Notes under the pieces: generated by a model | Seen by the model: the letters and a program-made list of their open reading frames with translations, nothing else | Database searches by the model: none | Told to the model about the DNA's origin: nothing | Sequence record: SRR31156797_1811 | DNA length: 32,278 bases | Reading direction: 5' to 3' (one strand) | Translations under genes and position numbers: made by a program | Shown here: piece after piece, positions 7,392 through 17,308 of the stretch | Layout of the letters: every line of letters starts with the position of its first letter | How positions within the stretch are numbered: the first letter of the stretch is position 1

Positions 7392-8482
7392 ACACTCTTT
7401 TTAATGGGATTTATGCAGGAAAAAGAATCTTAGTTACAGGTAATACTGGCTTTAAAGGATCTTGGCTTCATCTATGGCTGAGTAAACTAGGAGCCAATGT
7501 TTATGGAGTTTCTAATGGAATACCGACTTTACCTAGCCATTTCGAGTGCATTTTTGATAACTCAAATTATACTCAGATAGATATACGTGATCAAAAGAAA
7601 GTTTTTGAATATTTTAAAAATAACAACTTTGATATAGTATTTCATTTAGCAGCACAACCTTTGGTAAGGTATTCCTATGACGCACCTCTGGAAACTTATG
7701 AAACTAATATAAATGGAACTCTGAATATACTGGAAGCTATTCGTACTTATAATAGCAGTAAAGCAATTGTCGTAATAACTAGTGATAAGTGTTACGAGAA
7801 CAAAGAGTGGGATTGGAGTTATCGGGAAAATGATCCTCTTGGGGGATATGATCCTTATAGCAATTCAAAAGCTTGTGTGGAACTAATTACAAGTGCCTAT
7901 CAAAATTCGTACTTTAATACAAAGCATTATTTAGATAAACATTCGATACTTCTGGCTAGTGCAAGAGCCGGAAATGTTATAGGGGGTGGTGATTGGGCAC
8001 TAGACCGAATAATTCCAGACAGTGTAAAAGCAGCATCAAATAAAGAGAAACTGATAATTCGTAATCCTCATGCCATACGTCCATGGCAACATGTTCTTGA
8101 ACCTTTAAGTGGATATCTATTGTTAGGTCAAAAACTATTGGAGCAACAAACTAAATTTGCAAGGGCATGGAATTTTGGACCTCAAGCTGATTCCACCATA
8201 TCTGTTGAATCAATCATTAAAATAGCTCAGCAGTATTGGAAATCTGTTGAATATGAGGTTGTTTCAGAAAGTGTTTTGCATGAAGCAAACTTATTGAAAT
8301 TAGATTGTACATTGGCTTTTAATAAATTACAATGGAAACCAGTTTGGGATATAAACAAAACAATAGAGAAAACAGTTAATTGGTACAAGGAATACTACGA
8401 GACAGGTAGTACAAATTCAGAAAAGGATTTATTTGAATACATTAGAGCAGCCAAAGAGAAACATGTTCTATGGAGTAAGTAG
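7373..8482 (+). CDS. rfbG: CDP-glucose 4,6-dehydratase
   Basis: VTGNTGFKGSWL, HLAAQPLVR, TSDKCY, DPYSNSK, RAGNVIGGGDWA and RPWQHVLEPL. Confidence 0.96.
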   Translation: MDEFKINTLFNGIYAGKRILVTGNTGFKGSWLHLWLSKLGANVYGVSNGIPTLPSHFECIFDNSNYTQIDIRDQKKVFEYFKNNNFDIVFHLAAQPLVRYSYDAPLETYETNINGTLNILEAIRTYNSSKAIVVITSDKCYENKEWDWSYRENDPLGGYDPYSNSKACVELITSAYQNSYFNTKHYLDKHSILLASARAGNVIGGGDWALDRIIPDSVKAASNKEKLIIRNPHAIRPWQHVLEPLSGYLLLGQKLLEQQTKFARAWNFGPQADSTISVESIIKIAQQYWKSVEYEVVSESVLHEANLLKLDCTLAFNKLQWKPVWDINKTIEKTVNWYKEYYETGSTNSEKDLFEYIRAAKEKHVLWSK

Positions 8483-8514
8483 AAAGAGTTGTAACTGTTT
8501 ATATTCCAAATTTA

Positions 8515-10203
8515 GTGAAAGTATCGCATTATATAGCAAATTACTTAAAAGTACAAGGTGTAAACCATATCTATGAGATGATTGGGGGAATGATCACCCA
8601 CATACTAGATTCATTACATACAGAAACTGATATTCACGTTATTAGTTTACACCACGAACAAGCTGCTGGATTTGCAGCAGAGGCATCTGCCCGCTTATCA
8701 GGAATTCCTGGTGTTGCTCTTGCGACAAGTGGTCCAGGAGCAACAAATTTAATAACATCAATAGGAAGTTGTTATTTTGATTCTGTACCAACAGTATTTA
8801 TTACAGGTCAAGTAAATACAAATGAGCAAAAGCAAGATCTGGATGTTCGTCAATTAGGTTTTCAAGAAACAGATATTGTATCGATTGTAAAGCCTATAAC
8901 AAAGGCAGCTTGGTTGGTAACATGTGCAGATGAAATTCCTGAAATTTTTAATAAAGCTTTTCAAATAGCTCTTTCAGATAGGCCAGGACCTGTATTAATT
9001 GATATTCCAATGAATATTCAACGTGCTGAATTACCAAATACTCCTGCATTTATAGCTAAATCAAAAAGAGTTGGAAATGAATCGAAAAGTTATTTAGCAA
9101 CATTAAAAGAAGGACTAAAAGTTGCTCAAAAACCTATAATTTTGGCTGGAGGCGGAATCAATAGTGCAGGTGTTGCAAATGAATTTAGAAAAATTGTAAA
9201 CCAGTTAGGTATACCCGTAGTAAATTCTCTTCAAGCTACAGATGTACTTCCGTATTCAAATCCATTTCGTGTAGGATTAATTGGTACTTATGGAAATAGA
9301 TGGGCCAATATGGCTCTTGCTCAATCAGATCTTATTTTGGTACTAGGAAGTAGGTTAGATGTTAGACAAACCGGAGCACTTACAGAAGAATTTGCTACAA
9401 ATAAGAAGATTTTTCATATTGATTGTGATCAATCCGAATTAAATAATCGGATTAAGAACTGTTTGACTCTCCAAATGGATTTACAGCTCTTTTTTAATGA
9501 TCTTAGTAGTACTCTTATAAAGCCATTTGAAAGCAAAAGCTGGATGTCATTAATAAATGATTTAAAAAATAAATATCCTGATACGGAAGAGATTCCACCA
9601 TCAGATTCTATTAATCCAAATCAATTTTTAAACAAACTCAGCCAAGTTTCTCAAAATGCCAATTCAATAACCGTTGATGTTGGAAACAATCAAATGTGGG
9701 CAGCACAATCATTTCAAATTTCAAAGAATCAGCGTTTTTTATCCTCTGGAGGAATGGGAAGTATGGGATTTGGATTGCCCTCAGCTATCGGAGCTGCATT
9801 TACAACAAATAAGCCGGTAATAAGTATCTCTGGTGATGGAGGTTTTCAGTGTAATATCCAAGAATTACAAACAATTGCGCATCATCAACTCCCCATCAAA
9901 ATAATTGTTTTTAACAATAATAGTTTGGGTATGGTACGTAATTTTCAAAAACAGTATTTTGAACAAAAATATCAATCAACGGTATGGGGATATAGTGCAC
10001 CTAATTTCGTAAACGTTGCTAGTGCTTATCAAATAAACTCGAAACGAATAGATAAAATAGATGAAATAGAAGACGGAATTAATTTTTTATGGGAGGATCC
10101 AAACAAGCCAGCTCTATTAGAAGTTGTTATTGATATAGAGACTCCTATAAATCCAAAAATTGCCTTTGGAAAACCTATTTCAGAAATGGAACCATTAAAA
10201 TAA
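8515..10203 (+). CDS. ThDP-dependent acetolactate-synthase-like enzyme, YerE-like sugar C-branching carboligase by context
   Basis: HHEQAAGFAAE, ATSGPGATN, FQETDIV and the ThDP motif GDGGFQCNIQEL..NN. GTG start. Located between rfbG and rfbH. Confidence 0.8.
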   Translation: MKVSHYIANYLKVQGVNHIYEMIGGMITHILDSLHTETDIHVISLHHEQAAGFAAEASARLSGIPGVALATSGPGATNLITSIGSCYFDSVPTVFITGQVNTNEQKQDLDVRQLGFQETDIVSIVKPITKAAWLVTCADEIPEIFNKAFQIALSDRPGPVLIDIPMNIQRAELPNTPAFIAKSKRVGNESKSYLATLKEGLKVAQKPIILAGGGINSAGVANEFRKIVNQLGIPVVNSLQATDVLPYSNPFRVGLIGTYGNRWANMALAQSDLILVLGSRLDVRQTGALTEEFATNKKIFHIDCDQSELNNRIKNCLTLQMDLQLFFNDLSSTLIKPFESKSWMSLINDLKNKYPDTEEIPPSDSINPNQFLNKLSQVSQNANSITVDVGNNQMWAAQSFQISKNQRFLSSGGMGSMGFGLPSAIGAAFTTNKPVISISGDGGFQCNIQELQTIAHHQLPIKIIVFNNNSLGMVRNFQKQYFEQKYQSTVWGYSAPNFVNVASAYQINSKRIDKIDEIEDGINFLWEDPNKPALLEVVIDIETPINPKIAFGKPISEMEPLK

Positions 10204-10212
10204 TTTTTAACA

Positions 10213-11526
10213 ATGAATAAGTCAGCTAAAGAGCTTAGATCAGAAATACAGGAATTAGTAAAACAATATCATTCTGTAAATTTTACAAAGAAGAGTTATA
10301 CTAAAGGGGATAAAATACATTATGCAGGAAGAGTTTTTGATGAAAAAGAGTTGTGTGCATTAGTTGATTCATCATTAGACTTTTTTCTAACGGCTAACAG
10401 ATATACAGAAGAATTCGAAGCTGATTTTGCAGACTATTTTGATGTGTCTAATGCATTACTTGTTAATTCAGGATCATCAGCCAACCTTGTAGCATTAACA
10501 ACTCTAACCTCTCCATTATTAGGTAAAAGGCAGTTGGTGCCTGGTGATGAGGTTATTACAGTTGCTGCTGGTTTTCCAACTACAGTCGCTCCTATTATTC
10601 AAAATCAATTAATACCGGTATTTCTGGATGTTGAACTTGGTCATTATAATGTAAATCCGGATTTACTGGAAAGTGCCATTGGCCCCAAAACCAAAGCCAT
10701 CATGATGGCTCATACCATGGGAAATCCATTTAACCTTAAAGTAGTAAAAGAGCTAGCTGAAAAGCACAATTTATGGTTGGTTGAAGATAACTGTGATGCA
10801 CTGGGATCAAAATACGATGGTCAGCTAACTGGAACATTTGGTGATATTGCAACATTTTCGTTTTACCCAGCTCATCATATTACTATGGGTGAAGGCGGTT
10901 GTGTAATAACTGATAATGATTTATTAGGAAGGATTGCCCGTTCGTACCGAGACTGGGGGCGTGATTGTTATTGTATCGGAGGTGAAAATAACACCTGTGG
11001 AAAACGTTTTACTCAACAATTTGGAAAACTTCCGGTAGGTTTTGATCACAAATATGTTTATTCACATATCGGGTATAATCTGAAAGTAACAGATATGCAG
11101 GCTGCTATCGGTTGGGAACAATTAAAAAAAGTAGATTCTTTTATTGACAAAAGAAAAGAGAATCATAAAATGCTTTCTGAGAGATTATCAAAATTTCAGG
11201 ATCACTTAATTTTACCTTTTGCCACTCCAAATTCTGATCCTTCTTGGTTTGGTTTTGTTATGACACTTAAAGAAAACTCAAAATATTCACGAAATGATTT
11301 AACTGGTTATTTAGAATCTCAAGGTATTGAAACCAGAAATCTTTTTGCGGGTAATCTTTTAAGGCAACCGGCATTTATGAATATTAATCATCGCTTGCAT
11401 GGGAATCTCGACAATACGGATAAAGTAATGAACTCAACTTTCTTCATTGGGTGTTATCCTGGATTAACAGATGAGCATATCGACTTTATTGAAGAATCCT
11501 TCACTAATTTTTTCTCTGACAAGTAA
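10213..11526 (+). CDS. rfbH: CDP-4-keto-6-deoxyglucose 3-dehydratase (E1, DdhC/AscC)
   Basis: VNSGSSANL, EDNCDALGS, SFYPAHHITMGEGG (His in place of the Schiff-base Lys), Fe-S ligand cluster RDCYC..NTC, and DHKYVYSHIGYNLK. Confidence 0.95.
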   Translation: MNKSAKELRSEIQELVKQYHSVNFTKKSYTKGDKIHYAGRVFDEKELCALVDSSLDFFLTANRYTEEFEADFADYFDVSNALLVNSGSSANLVALTTLTSPLLGKRQLVPGDEVITVAAGFPTTVAPIIQNQLIPVFLDVELGHYNVNPDLLESAIGPKTKAIMMAHTMGNPFNLKVVKELAEKHNLWLVEDNCDALGSKYDGQLTGTFGDIATFSFYPAHHITMGEGGCVITDNDLLGRIARSYRDWGRDCYCIGGENNTCGKRFTQQFGKLPVGFDHKYVYSHIGYNLKVTDMQAAIGWEQLKKVDSFIDKRKENHKMLSERLSKFQDHLILPFATPNSDPSWFGFVMTLKENSKYSRNDLTGYLESQGIETRNLFAGNLLRQPAFMNINHRLHGNLDNTDKVMNSTFFIGCYPGLTDEHIDFIEESFTNFFSDK

Positions 11527-11530
11527 TTAA

Positions 11531-12265
11531 ATGGCAACAATAAGACATATTAAATGTCAGGTAAAAAAGATTACCTTTCATTCGGATAATGTTTATTCAC
11601 TTGATTTAATTCCCGAGAAGAGATTGCCCAAATTTAAACCTGGGCAATTTTGTCATTTAGCAATTGATGAATATGATCCAACAGGATTTTGGCCGGAATC
11701 AAGAGCATTTTCTATTGCTAGTTCTCCAGAAGAACGTAGTTTATTAAAATTAACTTACTCTGCGATAGGTTCTTTTACAAACAGAATGGTTTCTTCCATA
11801 AAAGAAGATGATACTGTTTGGATTAAATTACCATATGGAGAATTTACGATAAATCCGGATAAAGATACAGTTGTAATAGCAGGAGGAACAGGTATAACTG
11901 CATTTACAGCTTACTTATCCCAACTTAATGAAAATAGTCCGCATAAGACGCTTATTGCATATGGTGCTAAAAGTATAGATTTATTAATCTACCATGATCT
12001 TGTGAAAGATATAGTAAAGAACAACAATAATATTGAAGCACAATTTTATTCTGAATCAAGCATAGAGGATTGTATGTCAGAGCATTCTAATATTAAGTAT
12101 CTAGAGGGATTTATTGATATTAATAAAATAGTTGAAAAAGTATCAGATAAAAATAATACACTCTTTTACATTGCAGGTCCTCCTATAATGATAGAAACTA
12201 TTTCTACAAGTTTGTTAGCATTATCTATTAGTAATAAAAATATAATTATTGATAATTGGTCGTAA
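11531..12265 (+). CDS. FNR-type FAD/NAD(P)H oxidoreductase, probable E3 (DdhD/AscD-like) partner lacking a 2Fe-2S domain
   Basis: FKPGQF, RAFSIASSP, LPYGEF, IAGGTGITAF and YIAGPPIM. Directly after rfbH. No ferredoxin Cys motif. Confidence 0.75.
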   Translation: MATIRHIKCQVKKITFHSDNVYSLDLIPEKRLPKFKPGQFCHLAIDEYDPTGFWPESRAFSIASSPEERSLLKLTYSAIGSFTNRMVSSIKEDDTVWIKLPYGEFTINPDKDTVVIAGGTGITAFTAYLSQLNENSPHKTLIAYGAKSIDLLIYHDLVKDIVKNNNNIEAQFYSESSIEDCMSEHSNIKYLEGFIDINKIVEKVSDKNNTLFYIAGPPIMIETISTSLLALSISNKNIIIDNWS

Positions 12266-12269
12266 TAAT

Positions 12270-13130
12270 ATGAATCAAATACTTCCATCCAGGCCTAATA
12301 ATAAAATATTCTTTCATTTACACGTACCTAAAACTGCAGGATCTTCACTTAGAGAAATTTTAAAGAAAAATTTTAAAGATGCATATAAAATTGACTCACC
12401 GTTAATTTCCTATCATAAATTTTCAAGAGATGATATTGAGGCTTTATTATACCTTTACCCCTATAATTGCTATAGCTCTCATAATTATGGTTTAGAAGAA
12501 TTAATGTCATTTGAACAGATTAGTGCATTCTCACTAGTTAGGAATCCTATTGAAAAAACAATTTCCAGTTATTTCTATTTAAGAAATAGAAAAATGACTT
12601 CCGAATGGCATATTTGCAAGACAATGAAACTGGGAGAAGTTATAAATTACCTAGACAATCATAGAATATATCATCCGTTTTTATTAGATTCTTCTCAAAC
12701 AGAATGGATTACGGGAAAGATGAATGATCCTTTAAACTATATCGAAGAAGCAATCAAAAAGGGGCGTTATAATATTTTTCCAACAGATAAATTTGATGAG
12801 ATGTGTGTAATACTTGAAAAAATGTATCCTGATAATTTTTTAGATTGCAGTTATCAGAAGAGTATAAACACATCGCGAAAGGATTACAAGATATCAGATG
12901 AAGAATTAGATCAGATAGAGAAACTTCCATGGGTACAAGAGGATTTAAGGTTATATAACTTAGCATTAAAAAATCTTGAAGAACTTAAAAAAAAGTATTT
13001 CTCTAGTGATAAAGAATTCTATTTTGATTTAGAAAATTTTAAAGAAAGATGTCAGCCTAAAACCCAGAAACCTAAAGCATTAAATAAATCTTTATATAAA
13101 AAAGTATTAAAGAAAATAGGATTGAAATGA
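12270..13130 (+). CDS. Sulfotransferase family protein (Sulfotransfer_2-like)
   Basis: FHLHVPKTAGSS and VRNPIEKTISSYFY. ATG at 12270 follows the upstream stop at 12265. Confidence 0.8.
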   Translation: MNQILPSRPNNKIFFHLHVPKTAGSSLREILKKNFKDAYKIDSPLISYHKFSRDDIEALLYLYPYNCYSSHNYGLEELMSFEQISAFSLVRNPIEKTISSYFYLRNRKMTSEWHICKTMKLGEVINYLDNHRIYHPFLLDSSQTEWITGKMNDPLNYIEEAIKKGRYNIFPTDKFDEMCVILEKMYPDNFLDCSYQKSINTSRKDYKISDEELDQIEKLPWVQEDLRLYNLALKNLEELKKKYFSSDKEFYFDLENFKERCQPKTQKPKALNKSLYKKVLKKIGLK

Positions 13131-14215
13131 TAAGTAAACCGTTGCTTTCTCTTTGTATACCAACTTATAACAGAGCTGAATCATTACAACAATTACTATT
13201 TTGTATTGAAAAACAAATTAAGAACAAAATTAATGAAATTGAACTTGTAATCTCTGATAATTGTTCCACGGATAATACAGAGCAGGTTGTTAAAAACTTT
13301 AGTCAGCATCTTCCTATTAATTATCATAAAAACAACAAAAATATTGGGGCTCCATCCAATATATTAACTGTAACTAAATTTGCAGAGGGAAAATATATTT
13401 GGATTATAGGAGATGATGATTTATTATATGATGATGCATTAGAACAGGTTATTAAAATACTTCAATTAAATGTATACAATGCTATTTGTGTTGGTTTTAG
13501 TTATGAGTCTATTGATGATAAGGACAAAATTATAGAAGGAGATTTTAATACTTTAATTAATCACAAATCTATTATTCCACAAGATTCAAATAGTAGGACT
13601 ATTAGCTGGAAAGAAATATTTGAAATTTTGGAGAGACCACAAGGATATCTAACATCAATAGTTTCACATATTGTTGAAAAGAGTTTATGGGATGAACAGG
13701 TTCATGAGATCCTTACTCTTTGTATACAAGAACAATATTTTACATCTACAGTTTCAACATTTCCGCATTCTATCATTTGGATTAGGGCTTTAGCTTCTAA
13801 AGAAGTCTTATTTTTTAATAAAGATTTAGTCTTTTTTTTTGTAGGTGAACAAGATTGGTTAGTTAATTGGAATTCTATGTATTTTACTTCTTTGATAGAT
13901 TTGTCAAAGTTTATGGTATCTGCAAAGCTTGATAAGAAAAATTTAGACATCTTTTTAAAAAAGGTATTACTATTGAATACTAAAGGATTCGCTAATTTGT
14001 TTTATAACAAAAATAAACAGTCACTATTTAAACTTTCTAAGTTTATTAAAGATTATCAATTATCAAGTTACCTTTGGCAGTTACTTGTAGAAGTTTATTT
14101 TGACATAACTTCTACAAAGCAAAAACTTTTTTTTCTTTTAACTATCGCAAAAAATAGTTGTCAATATTCAAAATTCTATACTAATTTTCTTTTTAAGGTA
14201 TTAAAGCTTAGTTAG
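13127..14215 (+). CDS. GT2 glycosyltransferase, possibly the dideoxyhexosyl (RfbV/WbaV-like) transferase
   Basis: LLSLCIPTYNRA, ISDNCSTD and GKYIWIIGDDD. Adjacent to the CDP-dideoxysugar genes. Confidence 0.8.
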   Translation: MISKPLLSLCIPTYNRAESLQQLLFCIEKQIKNKINEIELVISDNCSTDNTEQVVKNFSQHLPINYHKNNKNIGAPSNILTVTKFAEGKYIWIIGDDDLLYDDALEQVIKILQLNVYNAICVGFSYESIDDKDKIIEGDFNTLINHKSIIPQDSNSRTISWKEIFEILERPQGYLTSIVSHIVEKSLWDEQVHEILTLCIQEQYFTSTVSTFPHSIIWIRALASKEVLFFNKDLVFFFVGEQDWLVNWNSMYFTSLIDLSKFMVSAKLDKKNLDIFLKKVLLLNTKGFANLFYNKNKQSLFKLSKFIKDYQLSSYLWQLLVEVYFDITSTKQKLFFLLTIAKNSCQYSKFYTNFLFKVLKLS

Positions 14216-14217
14216 CT

Positions 14218-14967
14218 ATGACTAATTTTATAATATACTCATATCCTCGAACAGGTAGTACCTATTTGTGCAAAGCACTCAATTCTGGAGATAATATCAT
14301 TTGTCATTCTGAAATTTTCCATAAGGAATACAAAGCATTCAATCGTTCTTTTCTAGATAAAGGAGTTATTAATAAGGTGAAAAAAAGCAGTATTTTTATT
14401 AATTCAGATAAAAAAGCAATTGAAAAACTGTATCTGTTAAGAAACAAAAAGCCAGATGAATTTCTAAAAAAAGTATTTAAATCACAGGATAATACAGACG
14501 GGATTGGTTTTAAAATATTTGCAGGGCAAAATGATAAAGTGTTGGAAACGTTATTAGCTTCCGATGATGTAAAAAAGATTTTTTTATATAGAGAGAATTT
14601 TATAGAAAGCCTTATTTCTGAAAAAATTGCCTTAAAATCAGGAATGTGGGATAGTACTTATAATAAAAGAGAGAAAGTTGAAATAACTATTACCCCAGAA
14701 GAAATAATAAGTTATAGTTCTCGAATTGAATCATACACTAAGCTTATTCAAAATATTTCTTCTGATTTTCTATCAATTTCATATGAGGAAATTACAACTA
14801 ACTTTCCTATAGAAAAAATAGAGGATTACCTAGGAATAAAGTTGCGTAACATTTCATTACAAACAGATGAAACAAAGCAAAATACTTTTAATTTAGGTGA
14901 GATAATAACCAACTATCAGGAATTAAAAAGTCATTTTGAGGGTACTAGATTTTTCAAATATCTATAG
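14218..14967 (+). CDS. Sulfotransferase (Stf0/LpsS-like)
   Basis: FIIYSYPRTGSTYL, HSEIF, GFKIF, FLYREN..SLIS..IA and ISYEEI. Confidence 0.75.
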   Translation: MTNFIIYSYPRTGSTYLCKALNSGDNIICHSEIFHKEYKAFNRSFLDKGVINKVKKSSIFINSDKKAIEKLYLLRNKKPDEFLKKVFKSQDNTDGIGFKIFAGQNDKVLETLLASDDVKKIFLYRENFIESLISEKIALKSGMWDSTYNKREKVEITITPEEIISYSSRIESYTKLIQNISSDFLSISYEEITTNFPIEKIEDYLGIKLRNISLQTDETKQNTFNLGEIITNYQELKSHFEGTRFFKYL

Positions 14968-15038
14968 TATAAATCTTTTTAATATAAAATTAGATTAAAA
15001 AATAACTATAAAGAACAGCTCTTTAGATAAAACGAAGT

Positions 15039-16106
15039 ATGAATAACGATAATATAGATATTAAGCCAATAGCATTTTATCTACCTCAATTTCATCCTAT
15101 ATCCGAGAATAATGAATGGTGGGGAACCGGATTTACAGAATGGACAAATGTAACCAAGGCAAAACCTTTATATAAAGGACACGACCAGCCATTTTTACCT
15201 TCAGATTTAGGGTTTTATGATTTAAGAATACCTGAAGTAAGAGAACTCCAAGCCCAATTAGCAAAAGAAAGTGGTTTACACGGATTTGCCTATTGGCATT
15301 ATTGGTTTGGAAATGGTAAAAGAATACTGGAGCATCCTTTTAATGAAGTGATAAAATCAGGGAAGCCCGATTTTCCTTTTTGTTTGGCGTGGGCAAATCA
15401 AACATGGACAGGGCACTGGCATGGAAATGATAAAAGCGTATTAGTGGAACAAAAGTATGGTGGAAAAGAAGATTATAAAGCCCATTTTGAAGCATTATTG
15501 CCTGCATTTAAGGATAGTCGTTATATTAAAATAGATAACAAACCTCTTTTTATAGTTTATAATCCATGGGATATACCCAATCCAAAAGAATTTACAGACT
15601 ATTGGAGAGAATTAGCTGAAGAAAATGGATTAGCAGGATTTTACTTTATTTCAATCGATGGTCATAGAAACACCGAGAAATATGGTATGGATGGATCAAC
15701 ATGGCATGAACCAGTTTCACATTTAGGCATAAAGTATAGTAAGCTTGAAAAATTTAAACGTAAACTAAATGGGAAGCATAAAAATCCTCTGCGAATTGAA
15801 TATGCCGATTATATTAATACTATTTTAAACAAGCCTTTAGCCACTAACCAATTTCCAGTAATTATGCCTAATTGGGATAATACTCCCAGAAGTGGAGCCA
15901 ATGGATTGGTATATGAAAATTCAACTCCTGAGTTATTTAAACAAGGTATGATAAAAGCAATAGATAGTTTAAGTAATAAGGCACCATCTCAAAAGCTTAT
16001 TTTTATCAAGTCGTGGAATGAGTGGGCAGAAGGAAATGTTCTGGAACCAAGTATTGCCTGGGGTAACAAATATCTTGAGGTATTAAAAGAGCTTATTGTA
16101 GGTTAG
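15039..16106 (+). CDS. WbsX-family / GH99-like-domain putative glycosyltransferase
   Basis: IAFYLPQFHPISENNEWWGTGFTEWTNV, LGFYDLR, PNWDNTPR and KSWNEWAEGN.LEP. Confidence 0.88.
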   Translation: MNNDNIDIKPIAFYLPQFHPISENNEWWGTGFTEWTNVTKAKPLYKGHDQPFLPSDLGFYDLRIPEVRELQAQLAKESGLHGFAYWHYWFGNGKRILEHPFNEVIKSGKPDFPFCLAWANQTWTGHWHGNDKSVLVEQKYGGKEDYKAHFEALLPAFKDSRYIKIDNKPLFIVYNPWDIPNPKEFTDYWRELAEENGLAGFYFISIDGHRNTEKYGMDGSTWHEPVSHLGIKYSKLEKFKRKLNGKHKNPLRIEYADYINTILNKPLATNQFPVIMPNWDNTPRSGANGLVYENSTPELFKQGMIKAIDSLSNKAPSQKLIFIKSWNEWAEGNVLEPSIAWGNKYLEVLKELIVG

Positions 16107-16119
16107 TTAATTCTTTTAT

Positions 16120-17238
16120 TTGTCATTTATGGTTATATACCGTTTAACGGAGTTTGCCTCATTACAAAATGGCCATGGTGGTCAAAAAAGGACTTTGCAC
16201 ATCGAAAAAGTTTTAAATGGGAAAGGTTTTGAAATTATTGATGTTGATTCTAAAAATGAACTTAATTCAAATAAAAGTAAATTTCAAAGACTTCTTAGAA
16301 CAATTCAATTTCTTGTACAATTTAAAATCAGCATTAAAAATCTACAACACTTTAAAAAGATTCACACCCTAATAATAAAAGCGGATAATATTTGCACATT
16401 TTACAAAAAAGGATCAGTGTTTCTTTACGAACATTCCCGATTTTCAAATTGGCCGTTTCCAGTTATTGCCAATCAATACGGGCATAAGGTAATTGCGAAT
16501 ATTCATAATATAGAAACTTTAGTACCCGATCAGGTATCTTTACTAAAGATGACGAAATCACCGGATGGATTTCTTGAAGAGATTAAAATGTTAGAAGCTT
16601 GTAAATTAGCCTTGACAATATCCAAAGAAGAAAATTGGCTACTAAAACTCTTTAATATTCATTCAATTTATGTACCATACGAACCTACGGTTAACGAAAA
16701 AGAAGAGTTACAAACTATAAAGGATGCCAGAAAAGTAAGGGATTCAGATAAATCTTTTCTAATTTTTGGATCAGCTTCCAATAACCCTACTCGCAAGGGA
16801 ATGATTGAATTAATTAAAGTTCTTCAAAATTTCGGAATAGAAAATCATACATATCATATAGCAGGGTACGGTACAGACAGTTTAAAAAAAGATCTGGTAT
16901 TCAAAGATAATTTTATCTTTCATGGTGCAATTAGTATCACAGCGTTACACGATTTTTATAAGAATGTAGATGCAGTGTTAATACATCAACCTTGTACAAC
17001 AGGAGCATTAACTAAAATTCCGGAATTACTGTATTCAAATATTCCAATCATAGCTAATAGTTATGCATCCAGAAACTATTATAATACGCCCGGGGTTTTT
17101 ACATATTGGAGTTTTGATGAGTTAAAAAAAATACTTTCAGGGCAATTGTATTCAAAAACATCTTTTGGTTTTCAAATAGATAATGATGTTACTATCTCAA
17201 TTAGTAACGAGATGTTTTTTTCATATTTAGAAGCTTAA
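16120..17238 (+). CDS. Putative GT-B (GT4-like) glycosyltransferase
   Basis: HNIE motif, GS..N.P, HIAGYG, FHG and a TG..TKIPELL..IPII C-terminal pattern. Divergent, and the start codon is uncertain. Confidence 0.55.
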   Translation: MSFMVIYRLTEFASLQNGHGGQKRTLHIEKVLNGKGFEIIDVDSKNELNSNKSKFQRLLRTIQFLVQFKISIKNLQHFKKIHTLIIKADNICTFYKKGSVFLYEHSRFSNWPFPVIANQYGHKVIANIHNIETLVPDQVSLLKMTKSPDGFLEEIKMLEACKLALTISKEENWLLKLFNIHSIYVPYEPTVNEKEELQTIKDARKVRDSDKSFLIFGSASNNPTRKGMIELIKVLQNFGIENHTYHIAGYGTDSLKKDLVFKDNFIFHGAISITALHDFYKNVDAVLIHQPCTTGALTKIPELLYSNIPIIANSYASRNYYNTPGVFTYWSFDELKKILSGQLYSKTSFGFQIDNDVTISISNEMFFSYLEA

Positions 17239-17308
17239 AATATTTATTAATTGAGAGTACTAATATTTTGTTCAAGTAATATCACATTGCATTAATCTAA
17301 GCACTACA

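Noticed and set aside
8515-10203. Housekeeping acetolactate synthase ilvB
   Set aside because: No ilvN/ilvC/ilvD neighbours, and its position between rfbG and rfbH favours a YerE-like role. No symbol assigned.
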